64,000 nucleotides of DNA from Bigelowiella natans CCMP2755 (Eukaryota > Protista > Cercozoa), in assembly GCA_000320545.1 (NCBI GenBank), contig ADNK01001191.1, positions 15,116-79,115 on the forward strand, in the 5' to 3' direction. The position numbers were made by a program, and so were the translations under genes. Shown piece after piece: positions 1 to 14,800 of this stretch. The notes below the pieces were generated by a model. The model was not told the origin of the DNA and did not search any database. It saw nothing but the letters and a program-made list of their open reading frames with translations. Within the stretch, counting starts at the first letter, position 1. The number at the start of each line of letters is the position of its first letter.

Positions 1-80
1 CTGGCAGCTTCGGTTTCCATTCCCTCTTCCCTTCTTTTCGCCCTATCCCCCCCGTTTCTCCACCAATGTGATCGCCACGA

Positions 81-115
<35 letters not shown>

Positions 116-144
116 CTGAATTTATGGTTTTGTTTTTAATGCAA

Positions 145-1122
145 GGGGTGGCACTGAGCTTCCGGGGGTGTCTAGGAAAAGTAGCAAAAGCATCAAAGAG
201 CGCATGTTCGCATCCGTCGTGGCCAACCTCCATGTGTCGCTAAAGTATACATTTTGTCTGAGGATATTGTATATACATTTACATAATATATATATATATA
301 TATATATATAAATATATATACAAGCTTTTGTTGTGAAGTTCGTTCGGCTCTGGTCCTTCCCCTCTGCCCCCCCCCTTTTCGACTTTTCCGTATGCTATAT
401 AGCTTCAGTTTTTTTAGTGAGTAGCAGTCGGGTAGCTGGTGTACACTGCGTGTTGTGAGGAGCTATTGAACAACACTCTAGGAACATGCATCTTCGCTTC
501 GAGCACGTGTTACTGCCCCCTCCATCGGGCCACCCTTCCTCCTCTCCCTCCTTCAATGCCTCCAACTCTTGCCCGCATGGATCCATGGCATTACCGCAAA
601 TCGTTTGCGGGATAACGCTCCACGAGGCGCGCTGGTATAGCACAGACTCGAAAGGTGCTGCAAACAGAGCAAGAGCGAAGCTAGTGCGATTGCATCATCG
701 GGAGAGTTGTGCCATGATTTTTTGGGTTTCCGTTGCTGGCCGTTCGTGGTTTCTAGTTTTCGAGTGTGGTTCTCTCTATCCAGCCCCTGATTTTGGAATT
801 TGCGACTTCATCAGCAGCCACGTCGCCGTAAATCTACTCTTTCATCTAATCATTCAATTTGCTCCTTCCACGTCATCGTCGTTCATTTGCCATTTGTCTC
901 ATCATCTCACTAGCTTCTCTAATTCTGGTTTATTTTCTCTGTGTACTTCCTTATTAATTACCAGGGAATCCTTGCATTGTGGATCCAGGAGATAACGACA
1001 CGCGCACTAGAGATACCACACAGAATGCGCTGGTCATAACCAAAACTACGAAAAACAGATAATATACATACATAGATACACTTTTAATAATCCACACACA
1101 CACACACACACACACGCGCACA

Positions 1123-1175
<53 letters not shown>

Positions 1176-2790
1176 ATATATATATAGTTAGTACGTATAT
1201 AAACGGCTGTTTGCAATCTCCACCGCCGCTCCGCTTGTTTTTGGTCGCGTCCTTTATCCCCGCCCTAGGTGTTGAATGGCCTTGGAATGTACTGGAGGTC
1301 GCCTCCCCTCACAAATAAAAATTTGAATGCTAGCGACGAGCGTAAGGAAGAGAGGAACGAAGACGATTGCAACAACACCACCGAACTGTGGTCGCTGCTT
1401 CCTCCCTCGGAACAACTTCGGTTGCTACGCTCCTCTCTCTCTCCGGATACCAACGAGCGCAGGCTGGGGGATGACTACATAATCTCGCCTTTCCACTGTG
1501 TCGTGGCCATCAAAACGACAGGCTCTCAGGGGGCAAGGTGTGGTGCACAATGTATTGTCGATCGATCTCCTAGAGGAGTGAAAAGAACATGCGCCAACGC
1601 GCACCAATGACACACACATGTACAACACATGTTCGTTCTGCTGTTTATATATCGACTAACATTGCTCCTCCTCTCGCCTTTCTCCCTGATGCCTTTCCCA
1701 TGGGCCTTCAAATCCGGTACTGGTTGCCCCCCCCCGCTGCGGTAACACACACGACAACGAAAACGACAGGCTACTCACTCCTGAGCGACACGCACGCACC
1801 ACTATTCACGGACTCAAAATTCGCCTTACTGCCGATCAGGTGATACCTATTTGAAATACACACAACCACATCCTTTGCGTGCAGAAAATGCGCAGAAATC
1901 TGAGTAGAAGGAATGGGCTTATACCTACGAGTAGTGCGTTTTTTTATCTTGAGTGTCGTTGCTACTGCTGCTGTTTCTTCCGCGCGCGCTGTGGTTGTGA
2001 TTGCGTTTATGCGGCGAAGGTGTTGGGACTTACCCAGGCGTGCAATTGCCTGAACATCGCCACCACACGGCAGAGGATTGCGGAGGTATATGAATACAGG
2101 ATTCCACCACTGGACTTTCTTTGTGAAAGTCAATGTATGACTATAGGGATAATATGATGATGTGAGCGACAAAAGTGGTATGTCTAAAAGATTCTTGATG
2201 CCCCCCCTTCCCTTTATTATGCAAATACACGTGGCCGCTCTCTCAAGATATTCCCGCGACGTCCATGTGCACGTGTTGGAGCTGCTCCGCAGCAGTGGTG
2301 GCGTTACGCGTGCGCGTCGATCATCCATATGCGACGGGCATCGCATCAGCGCAAGAGCGGTATATACGGGGGGGCAGAAGGGGGCGGAGCTGGGGGAGGT
2401 GGAGGAGACACATCTATCGTGAGAGGCACGGGAATATTGAAGCCTCGAAGTTATCTATTATCGACATTCTTCCAGCGTTGGAGGTGAGTAATTCCTGTTG
2501 CTGGCATGCCATGGTTTATGCCTAAAATTACAACAATATCAAATGGGAAAAGATGCGGTGCGTCTTCATTAATACACCTTCCCTCGCACGTGTGTGTGTG
2601 TGTGTGTGTGTCTGTGTGTGTGTGTGTGTGTTTGTGTGTGTGTTTTTCCTTTTATAACAGTGGTATGCGACGCTACGTGCCCCTGTACAAACGATATTTG
2701 GCCGAAAGCCACCCGAAAGCACGCTCGTGGGCTAAAGCGCTTTCCGTCATAGAGAAATCGCAGCTTCAAGCCATGGAGGACATATTTGAG

Positions 2791-2826
<36 letters not shown>

Positions 2827-5800
2827 CACATTTTGCTGGCTTCTTCCTAGGAGGAAACAGGAGAGGAGAAAGACCAGCTACTTTTGCGTGTTTTTGCCTT
2901 CAGTTCTACTTCCTTCTTCCTCTCTGGCTCTCCTGCTGTAGCATCATCATCATGTTACTGCTGCGGCATCATCATCATCATGTATTACATAAACACACCT
3001 CATCGATTTGGTGGGAGTCAATATGTCCCAATCTTGTTTGAATTAAGATATGGATTTTCGGGGAAAAGGTTTTAGACACGCTTCGCTTCCGATTAATCGC
3101 GACGTACGAGCTCGAGTTTGAGCTCCACAATAGACGACTAGCGGCCGGCTTGGCGCCAAATGCCCCTTTACCGATGTCGTCGTTGACACAACATGCAAGC
3201 GAGAATAAGAATGGAAGCACAGGTAGCAGTAGCAACACCAGTTACGCATCGCCGCAATCTTCCCGAAACGACTCGCAATATATCGAAGATGACGACACCT
3301 ATGCCGCCGCCGCCGCTGCTGCTGCTTCCTCTAAAAGCAGCACGAATTCGAACCAAAGCACCTTTTCATCATACTATAATGCTTTCTTCGGTGGTAGTGG
3401 TAGTGGTAGTGGTGGTGGCAGCAGCGGTAGCGGCAATAACAACGGGAAGGTTCAGCTAAGACCGCGATCAAACAGCGGATTGAGCATTGGGAGTCCACAT
3501 TATATCAGGTAGAATGTGCTGCCTTGATAACGCGACTGAGTGATGATAAGCCTGGGACAGGGTGCAAGGGGTAATGGGTGTACTGCTGGGACGAATCCTA
3601 GGAAAATATCTACTTTGATTCATCCTTACATTCTGTTCGCAGGTACGAGTCGTCTGGGGTGCCGATTCCATCGGAGTTTTCGATGTCGATGGAGCAGCGG
3701 CGACGGTTGTTTGCTACGATAAACTACAACTCCCTGTTGGCGAAAGTGCTTCCCCTTACCTCCCTCCGCACCCGCATCACGTTAGCGCTGAACGAGGCGA
3801 CGCTAGCTCTGGTCGCAGACGACAAACATAGCGATGATGGCAATCGGCAAGCGCATGATGAAAAAGCACAGACACGGAAGGACCGGAAACAGAAGGGCTG
3901 TGCACGAAACTCTCGCGAAATATTGACTGCATGGGCTACGGGCGAGTGTGGATGCTCGTTCTCAAACAATCCCGACGACAAAGACTCTGGGTTGGAGCTT
4001 ACGCTATTAGTCCATGACGCGAAGCTTCGAGAGGGAAGTTTCTCCAACAACAATAGCAGCAATCTGGGAAACAACGGCGGTAATGCTCGCGCGCGGGGGC
4101 ATACGCATACGCATACGCAAACGCATACGCACACACAGACACATGCAGATACATGCGCACACAAATAGCACCTTTGTTTGGGAATGAATACTGTGAAATC
4201 CTGTTGAATCACCATTACAGGCAGCGGGAAAATCAAGCTGCAATGGGAAAGATCTAATACTGACTCCAAACATGGAGAGCACGAAGGGACCGCAACTGCG
4301 ACAGCAACAGTAGGCGACGAACAAGAAATGAAAGTGAACGATCGATTCAGTTCCACACCTGATGGAGAAGAGGTCACCGACTCCTCGAAAACGGCAGTTC
4401 TAATTCTGCACGTAAAGCACTGCCTGAACACTCATGATCTTCCCCCACGTCAACCACACGCTGCTGCTGCTGGGAAATCCACATTCCGCGGCGATAGCCA
4501 ACTTAATATGGATCGAGACCATCATCATCATCATCATCAGCATCAGCATAATGCTTGCCCTATGAAGAGACCCAGTATCAATCTTTACCGAACATGGGTA
4601 GTGCGAATCAGCGTTATGCCGTTGACGTTGTCAATCTCTTCATCTCTCGCTAAAAGCCTGATGCGCTTCATATCATGCGCCATGACAGAGGAGTCATCAT
4701 CATGTTCATCTCCCTTGCTTTCGTCTTCCACGTTAGCACCACCCTCCCCTGAAGCTAAGACGACTGCCTGGCGGGCGAGGAAGCGCGAAACTCTGATGCG
4801 GCGAGCTGTTGGATGTCATGATATCCGCTTTGACTTCGAGATGGCCAACGCGGCTTTGGAGCTTCTCGACGATAGCAGCAGCAGAAGCAGCGTGCAACAT
4901 CCTTCGGTAGAGCAACTGTCATCTCTCGTGAAGTTCCAGTGGAAAGGCATTCATATAGGTCTTCACGACTATCCCCGGCTTTCAGAAGTGACGCGGCTCG
5001 TAGTAGGAATGCCGGTGATGACACGCTACGGATATGGCTACGTGTTTCGCACGGATTCAGCGACCGCTGCCAAAGCAGCTGCTATTGCGGGCGACACCAA
5101 GAATGATAGCCATCGTGGTGGAAGGAGTGGGAGTAGCAGCAGCAGCAGTAGCAACGCCCATGAAGCTGCTCTAGGAGTTATGATATTGGGGAATGGCAGC
5201 AGCAGTATGATGGTATTCCAGACAAGAATAGAGCTTCTGAGGTACCAAGACGAGCTGGAGGCTGCAATGCCTGCTGCGACGCGGATCGATGCTATCATGA
5301 GGCGGAGTGTCGAGATTGGTTTCAAGGCTGCGTGGAGCTCGGTCGGAACTGTGCGAAGGGAGGGAAAGGACGGCTGTACGGTGAGACAAGACACTGCCAG
5401 ATGGCTGTCGTGCCCGTTTCAAACCCGTGCACGATGTCAATTCCTTGTCCCATCCTCGTCTCCCCCACACCTTACTATCGGCATCACTGTGACGAAGGAA
5501 CCTGCCACGAGAAGGCAATCAGCTACAACGACAGCGGATGGCAAGATGCAGGATAATGATGACGATCTCTTGCAAGTTAAAATATTGCACTCCTTACTGG
5601 ATATTCTGGCCGCTCAGGGTATTGTTGGAGCTGATGCAGACGAGGGTGATAAGACCATGGGTAAAAACGACGATGCCGACCAAAAGGATGGTACTAGCAA
5701 CAGCGGAACTCTTTCAGGCCAGGATTCGCGTTGCTTGAATCGCCGTAGAGCCCATAATTTCCCTCGATTGTCCTTCAAAGCAGATGTCGATATAGACGCG

Positions 5801-8800
5801 CCCTTGCAGCTGCAGGTGCCCCACCCCTCCCTCTCTGGGAATAAAGACGAGAGCCAGAAGCATCGACCCCTAGCCTCTTTACATGCCTCGCGGCTCTATC
5901 TGTCTTGTGAACCGCCAGCGCTGCTCTCCAAAATACCCCCAGTGCTACGACGACAGCAGGGCTCGTCGTCGCCATTGAGGTCGGAGCAGTACCATGGTCA
6001 TCCTCTGATGAGTACCTCCTCCTTTCGGCTCCAGGGCTTCGTTTCGAATTGCAGCGTTCTGGACGACCGCTTGAATTACAGACATGGCACCGCTGCTGCT
6101 GCTGCTGCTGCTGGTGGTACTGCTGAGACTGCGAACGACAGCGGCGACGACATGTTTGAACACTCGCCCCTGCTTGAGGAATGCTCTAAGATTTCCTTTA
6201 GGTACGAGCTGCTGTCACAGCCGGACGATGGCAAAGCAGCTAGGCTGGCACAGGAGAACAAATCAACGCTGGGAATGGCATCAAGACAAAGACAAACACG
6301 GGGTGTAAGGAAACTGCATATTATGATCGGGGAGTCAGCCGAGATGGCACCGACCATAATTAACTGGCGTGAGGAGTCTATGCGGCAGATATGGTGCTGG
6401 ATTGCATCACCCCCTGATACCGACAGGGATTTATCGGTTGATGAACACATTTCAATATCCGCCCCAAACTCCGTTCGACTCCTCCTATGCAAGCCTACCT
6501 GCCGTTCTGTATCACCGACATTGCAGTCATCACCAACGGTGCTGTCGTCGTCGCCATCAGAAGCTGAATTGCCTCGAGGAGGCGGCATAGGGATTAGGAA
6601 GAAGGAAAGGATCGCAGGAATTTTGGAGGTGTGTCATCATGCCTCACAGTATTCTCATCACCTGCCTCCCCCCCCCACCTTCCCGTTCATATTGCGATTC
6701 TAAGATTGGTGTTGTTCACATGGTAATGCGGGCCAAAGCTCATCCGCGTTTTGGAACAACAACACATTACATGACATATTTTCACGTGACATATTTCTAG
6801 GTTTCAGGAGTCGATTGCACAAACGTTCAGGATGCAAAGCTCAATCGGTGGGTGGCGCAAATCCGACATGCCCGACTTTCTCTACCGACTCAGCATGATG
6901 AGAGGTCGCCTGTACAATGGCCACTAATGGAGACAGCGAGCAAGGGGGGAAAAGGGATCGAGGTTATCTTCCAATCTGCCGTGGGAATAAAAGGGCCGCA
7001 GATTGTACACGTGGCTGTGGCATGCAATGAAGAACTGAATGCGTGCTATCTGCACCAACAGGCACGGCATCGATTTTCCAAATACAGACACGAGCAATGA
7101 CACACGAAATATAAGGAGCAAATCAACAACTTCAGCACTTGACTTTCTCGTATTTTGCAAATGTAGTACATGCACACTGCGTACGCTAACAGCCTCCACC
7201 ACCATTGAAAACATCAACCATGAAGGAAACTCAAGCTTTGCCAACAACCAATAGGTGCTCGAGCTGCAAGACTACCTTGAGTGGGCGGTGTTCTCTGTCT
7301 TCGCCCCTGAGCCAAGGCCATCGTACAAGGACACAGTTGACATACAGTTTGAGTTCCGAAAAGGCGCAACGATTATGCTGCCAGTATCAAAGCAGTCTCT
7401 ACATACTGGACTTTCCGTGTTCGTTCCACGTGCCTATATTCGTAGCACCAATGGCGGCCAGATGTTACTCGACGGAGGGGCTACCAAATGCCGTCGTTTC
7501 GTACCCGGTCGTAGTATTCATCCAAAGGATACTGAAGCGAAACGGGAAGAGGACGTTGATGGAGACGATAAGAAGAGGAAGAGGGAGAGCCTTGATCTTT
7601 GGTGCGACAACATAACCGTGCACCATGTTACCTCTTCTCGCCCTTCCTCCGATTCAACCTCCCTTCCCGAGCCATCGCTCCAAAAATACCCTTCCTCGAA
7701 TCATATGGAGAGGGAAGAGGACAAGGGACAGCGAGAGCTTGTGGCGAGGGGTATTCAGATTGCAGGCAGGATAACCTTGCCCGCTGATAACGATGACAAT
7801 GAAGAGGAAAAGGAACTGTTGCTCCAGCTTGATTTACATGGAAATTCCACGTCATCGTCACAACGTCCATCATCATCATCATCATCACCACCACCAACAC
7901 CAACGAAGACACAAGCAACGACAGCAGCTATTCGTTCGCTGGTGACCCCTCACCTCCTAGAATGCATCTTGCGAGTGGCCGACTCAAATTTTGATGCGGC
8001 CCCCGGTTTTCCGCACGAACTTCGAGACTCAATATTTCGCTACCACAACCCCCATGTCGTCCCCGCAGCGCTGAAGATCAACGTAAAAACCCGGTGTCCC
8101 ATCTTTGTCGCAGGTCTGCTTAGAATCCTCGCCGCCCGCGCTACACTCTGAGTGCGCTCCTGGTTTACTTTGATTGACTATTACTTTGATTGATAACCAG
8201 GTGTTTCAAGGCTAAATGGGCCTTCTGGGGTGGCAGAGCTGCGTGGGGCTAGCATTGCGTTTGCTGTCCCCAAACCGCATCACTCCACCGTTAAGGTCAC
8301 TGTTCAGACCTTACGTCTCGGATCAACCCTCTCGACCGATCTCACGTGGGATGATCACTATGACGCGAAACAGCGTTTCAGAACAAGCCCCCCCTCCCTC
8401 TTTTCAACATCACCCGTGCGAGGAGAGGGAGGGGAGAGGTCATCATCGAGTGTACTCTTTGAGCGAGAGCGCCATCCAGACAGCGAGCGCCTTTCTCTGT
8501 CGCTCAGCCGCATCAGCGTTGACCTCGGTCTGGACGTGGAATTGTGGCCCCGGATATCCGCGTTTGCCGCAGAGTCGTTACGGCGTGTTAGAAGGGCGAC
8601 TATCGTCCCCCCGCCTCCTCTCACGGAGATGCGCCTCCGATGGAAGCATTGCAACCTTTTATTTTTCATTGGTGAAGATGGCGAAGTAGTAAGCTGTGAT
8701 CCTCGTTTGTATTCGAGGACTGCAGTTCCGACATCTACCACCTCTTTGGCCACTGGTACTCGTGAACATAGCACGGCAGGTTCAGTAACACGGTTTGCGA

Positions 8801-11800
8801 AAGGTACGGAGAATGGCGATGAGAAGAGTGAGAGGAAAAACGAGGAATACGATGTGGGATATGAACAGGATGATGCAGCTGCAGCAGCCAGTGCGAACCT
8901 GGCAGGGATACTGTTGGAGTTTGACAAGGCCGATGGTGCTATTATTATCCACCGCAACGGAAAGAACAACATTGCCAAACAGACAATGCAGGCGGGAATC
9001 GAAGAGGGTAAAGATGAAAAGAGGGGGAGGAGGGGCAAGAAAAATACCACTTCGGACTTTACCGAAACGAATAAGAGTGGCGGAATGGGGGAGGGGGAGA
9101 TAGAAGAGGAGGAAAACAAACTTCGCCTCGATTCCTTTAGATTTTGGTCCTGCTCTCGAAATCACAGCTTCAAGGAGTATTCAGATTTACAACAGCAGTC
9201 TTATTACTCACGGTTTTGCCAGCCTCGAAAGTACATGAGGCGATATCCTTTATCAAACCGCTCATCTTTCCACTTTGCGGCATTCACCAATAACTTGCCC
9301 CGTGCTATTAATTCGGGTTCAAAGGTATTGAATAAAACAACCTAATAGGGAAGGGTGAGAGTATTGCACGATTGGCATGATTGGCCGCACTGATCCTGTA
9401 GGTCTTAAATGGGTTATTCCACTTAACATATTTTTGAATGGAGTGAGAGTAATCTTGATACCTACTACCTTTCGTTTGCTGCATCGGAGTGCGCGCATCT
9501 GAATAAACCATACTGAGGTTTAGTGTTGAGTTCAAAACTATATGTTTCTGCAGATCGTGATATCGGCAGAGGACAATAAGCTCAGTAGATCCCCGCAAAA
9601 GGGAACAAAGGCAGGTTCAGCCACGTCGTCCATGCCTTCTTCTAGCAAACCGGCTGCAGCTTCCGCTGCCACAACAAGCAGCGCGAAATATGTCATGAAA
9701 GGCTTCTTATCCCCATTCCACGTAAACGTCTCCCACTGTGACCTGGAGCTGATTTCAAGCATAGGTGTTGAGATGAAACAACAGCTTCATAGTTTTACCC
9801 GAAATTCCCGGCATTTCAGCAGTGGGATTGGAGAGCTCATGGAGAAAGAAAGGAAAGAGGATGGTGACAGAATTCGACGAAAAGAATTCCATTTTACGTG
9901 TTCGCAGGCAACCGCAACTCTTCTCCATGGGAGACAAGGTATGCGTGCATGCGTGCATGCACGCGCGTGTGTGTGTGTATGTGTGATGGTCAGAGAGGGG
10001 GATTTTGGGCGGTAATATACCATTTACATTTCATATTTTATTCGGTCCGTAAGATTCTAATCTGTCGGATAGAATACCATGCGTGTTTTAGGTTTCAGAT
10101 GCACAGATAATGTATATTTTACTCATATGCGTAACTTCTCTCCCCTTTTGGGCCATGTTATTCAAGGCTACCAAACCCCTCTGATTCGAGCCCAGCTTTC
10201 AAGCCTAAAATGCCACGTCCGTGTTGCTTCTGCGCAAAAAGGCGTTGCAGGAGATACTGAAAAAAAGCGTAGACAAAGCAGTAGCAGTGACGGCGGTGAT
10301 GGCAGCAACATCAATACCCAAAGCTCAGAGCAATTCGCGGCGAGTGTGAAGGCGCAGGTGTATGCCTATTCCCCTTCACAGCCATCCTCTCCTTTTAGTG
10401 CGTATTCTCCTTCAACTTCTCGAGCGTCTTCGTCATCGCCTACATGGTGGACTTTTGCTGCCTCTCGGCGCGCATGTATCCCTGTGTTTAGGGAGCCGCT
10501 CGAGCTACTGATTGCGAGCCATGCAAGGAGATGCGGCAACAACGGCGAAGAAAGCGATGCAGATGGAGGCCGAGAGCTAAGAAATGATAGCGATCAAACA
10601 ATGGCGGTGCAGATTATTGTGAGGAAGCCACTTCGTATAAATATGAGCCCGGATATCTTTGCAGCGGTGCTCAGTGCACACTGGCAGCTATCATCGTCTT
10701 CATGGAGGCATAGCAGAGATGGCGCCGATGAGGAGGAAGAAGAAGAGTATTCAACGCAATGGGAACCAGGAGTGAAATCTGATTATCAAGGCTGCAGAAC
10801 CACATACGTCGTCAACGAGACAGCCGATTCGCTGGCGTTTGGTATGATCTTCGACGGCAATCTCCTCTCTGGGAGCAGCCTCCCGTTGTCGGAGCGGCAT
10901 TCCGCACCTGACTTCATGAAAATCGGATGTATCAATGGCCAGGAACACGTGAGAAGATGGATGGAAATGAGCGGAAGTTATGGGGAGGACGACAATCGTA
11001 CTGGACGCACGTTAATCGACAAAGGGGATAATGGAAATGTAGTTTTGTGGAGTCAGCTTGCCCCCCATTCTAAGACGAATGTGCCCTTTTTCGCCGTGCT
11101 ACAGAGCTGGCGTCGGCTGCTACTTTTAGCCGAGCATTCTCATAAAAATACGACAGAAGGGGCGTGGGTGAAAAATCATGCTGATTCTCTGCTAAATCCA
11201 TCGTTTGTACTCAAAGTAGGAGAGTTCAATAGCGGTAACAACGGTAGAAGTAGCTGTAGTGGCAGTGCAGGGTTAAAGAATGGTGATGAGCAGAAATGGC
11301 AGCCGATCTTCTGCAAGCTAAAGCTACAGAACAAACGAAAGAGGCCAGCCTCCTCCTCATCCTCGTCGTCGCTTCCGTCATTATCAACCCCCTCCACCAA
11401 GCCGCTGCTCAGCCGCTACTTCGTGCGAAATCGAGGGTTTGCGCAGGGCGCAGCAACTATCCTATTCGGTTGCGGCAGTAGCAAAGATAGTGCTTCCGAC
11501 CAGCAGCTACTGATAACTTCCATCGTCCGCGTGCACAATGCATGCCTCGAAACGGTCGTTATCGAATTCAGCTACGGAAGGGCAGGTTTTGGCGATAGAG
11601 TGCTTTTAAAAGTGCGGCCAGGGGAGACATCCGCGCTTCCATGCCGTGGTGTGATTAAGACGTGGGTGAAAGTACGTGTGCGAAGAAGCGGTGATGCCGA
11701 TGGCAGTGCAGAGAGCTCCAAGGATAAACTCTCATCCAAGAGGTTGGAAGAACATCTATGGTTTCTACTCGTTTCTTCATCTTAATTGTAGCCTCGATGC

Positions 11801-14800
11801 ACGTGTATTTGTGTGTCTATATTTGTGTGTGCCTATGTGCATGTGTGTGTACGTGTGTGTGTTTTCGTGCATTGCGCCAGTGAGCTGCATCATTCTTTCT
11901 CCTCGCTTTTCCATTTCAACTATGAAGTTGCCTAATCGGTGCTGCTCCTTAGTCATTGGGCGTGGTCAAATTACTTGCTCCGCTCCAAAATTCTGGCCAA
12001 AAAAAGGTTGTCAATGACTTTCACGGATAGGCGAGTACTTCGTACGCGCACTTAAATTATACATGTGTGTATTTGTGTGTGTGTGTGTGTGTGTGTATGT
12101 GTGTTTGTGCTTGGAAAACTCTGCATAAAAGAAGACGAGATCAATGCAAAATTATTTTCATCGAATAAAATACACATATAAACACATGCTGTAATAATAT
12201 ATACATGCACACTTTCATCATGGGATGGTTTCCATATGGTATCTCATGCCCCAATAGGATCTATGAGAAAACATCACGGGGGAAACAAAGGCCAACATCA
12301 GAGAAAATGGCGAAATGGCTTCTTACATCAGAGCTAGAATCGAGTCGGAAAACTGCCTCTAAACCTCAATCCTCCAGCTTTTCGTGTGCGTTTTCGTATG
12401 CAGCCTTGAATGGATATGAACTCCTCAAACTTACTCCGGTGTTCTACATCCACAACGCCGCACCAAACTCGGTGCTCAATGTCGCAATCGCTTCTGAGAG
12501 GACCCGTGCGTGTGGAGAGAGAGGTTTGACTTTACAGCGAAGAGCTTGTATCCAGCCGGGAACAGCACTTCCTGTTTCGTTGGCCGGACTCACGGTAACC
12601 TTTGTTTAGGAAGAAAACAACCCATCGATTGGTGCCGATTCCCGCATGTGTCTTAATTTACTCTGAATCTTGCCTTTTTTTTGTGTAATGTACGTTTTGA
12701 ATGCTACTTCTCAACCGCTGAATTTCCCGAATATATTGCAGTGTTGAATCCATTTTTGGTCGTCGTGACCTGTGCCATCCCCTGTGATATTTAGGATTGT
12801 GTAAAAAGCAAAATCACTACGGCCGATACCTCGACGTCTTCTTCCCCAAACCCTTCTCATCCTCCCTCTCCTCCCCGTCTTTGGATGACCTTTCGATTCC
12901 GCGACACGGTGTGGAGTCCGTGGGAGTTTTTGTCACCGGTAACATCGCTCTCGTCCACACGCTCTCCTCCCGCCGGCGACGACGTTGTCAATAGGACTAA
13001 ATACCTCAGTCTCCCAAAAATACGACCTCCAGATATTACTCTCCACAACTTCGAAGCACGGTCCAAAGCTGCCCGGGCCGCAAAACTTAACGAGATATAT
13101 CGACGGCTGAAAGCAAGGATAGGCCGTGCAAAACACGCTGTTGCAACAGCCGCCGCTGCTACTTCCACCCCCTCCTCTTCCGCCTCCTCTCCTGCACAGA
13201 GAGAACAAGGCAGCGTGGGAAAATCAGGGGGAATAGTTGGTCGCGATAGAAGCCGCGCCAGAGCGGAGCTGGTTGCGGCTCGGGCTGCACAGGCCGAACT
13301 TGAAGAGGCAGCACAAGCGCTTCGTAGCTTTGAAGGTCTGCCACTGTGGAGTGGGGAAGAAAATGGAGGTGGGAGCGACACCTGCGATCTCAAAATCCCC
13401 TCCCCTCCCCCTTCAGACCTACTTCTTGCAAGGATGGTCAATACCTCTGGGCATGTTTACATCGGGGGGTCGCACTACATAGTGGATGAGACGTGCCATA
13501 ATCTCTACTTCATGCTTACCCCTCGGCAGCAGGAGAGTGTGTTTGACGATGAAAAGGATGGGGGCGACAGGTGGTCTGGGATGTGGTGCGGTGGGCCTCC
13601 AACCACAGCTGATTCTGATTGCGAAGGCGGGCACGTTCCTCAGAAGGATTCGACTGTTGATAGAGGGGGGAGGGACGTTAGGAGTAAGATACATCGGTAC
13701 CACAACCACAGCAGAAGCAGCAGCAGCAGCAGCATTAGCATTAACCCAAAAAGATCCCAAGCCTATCTAATGTCGCTCTCTAAGCATGATAATGATAATA
13801 GTGCCGGCAGCCGCATCAGCCACGGTAATAGCAATGCCACACGGCTGCATGTCCGTATGGGACGGAGGTACACAGGCAGCATGGTGATACAAGACGATGT
13901 GATCTCTTCCCTGTCTTCTTCCTCCTCGTCGTCGTCCTCCTCCTCCTCCTCCTTCCCCTCACCGCCCTCGTCATATATCTTCCTCACACTCAAGGAGAAC
14001 CCTCTAGACAGCGTTGGCATTGTCCTCGTGCTGGAGATTTCCGCTAGTGAAGCTCATGCGAGCAGGATTTCTCCCCCCTCGTCCTTCTCGTCCTCCTCGC
14101 CCTCCCCCTTCGCGTTACAAATGGTTGACGAGGGGAAAGGGGAGGGGGGGGGAGCTCCTGTTCGTCCCACTGCAACGATCGCTTCTCGGTTTCTCACTTT
14201 GCGCGTGCACGCTCGGCACAGCGTTGAGAACCTTCTTGGTGCCGCCCTGTGGGTGTCGGCCGTCACCCGTATGGAACACAGGGAGATCTACGTTGCTGCC
14301 GGCGAGTATGTACTTGTTGTTATGTCGTTCTTCGCTGCACACTTCGATTTTTCATGACTCTCACGACTTGTAACAGCAATAATAAATAATCGTCGATATC
14401 GACATATTTCAGGTACAAGAAGCTGTTGCTGGAGGTAACCTCCATATCGAGCGATCCTCCCCTCCTTCTCCGTCTCTACGACAAGAACAACGGCTCCAAG
14501 CAGCACAAGGCGTCACCAGCAGTTGCGCAAATACCGTGTCGCATTTCCTGCCGATATCCTTTGATGATAGGGCCTAATGTGTTAGCGCGTGTTAGAGTGA
14601 GTTTGGGTAGAGGGAGGGTGCATGTGTGCGTGAGGAGGGAAGAGGAAGGCGATGCGTATCCTTTGATAAAGCTCAAGAACGACACGAACTTCGCTGTTGG
14701 GTAGTGAATTCAATAGATCTTGATGACACAACTCGATTCTGCTACTATGGTATACCTGCCGGAAACGTTAGGACAGCATGTTCTTTTGGAAGTGATGTAG

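Noticed and set aside
2506-2850. Many ORFs with poly-V/Y/CV/HT/IY tracts
   Set aside because: Translations of intronic microsatellites, not independent genes.
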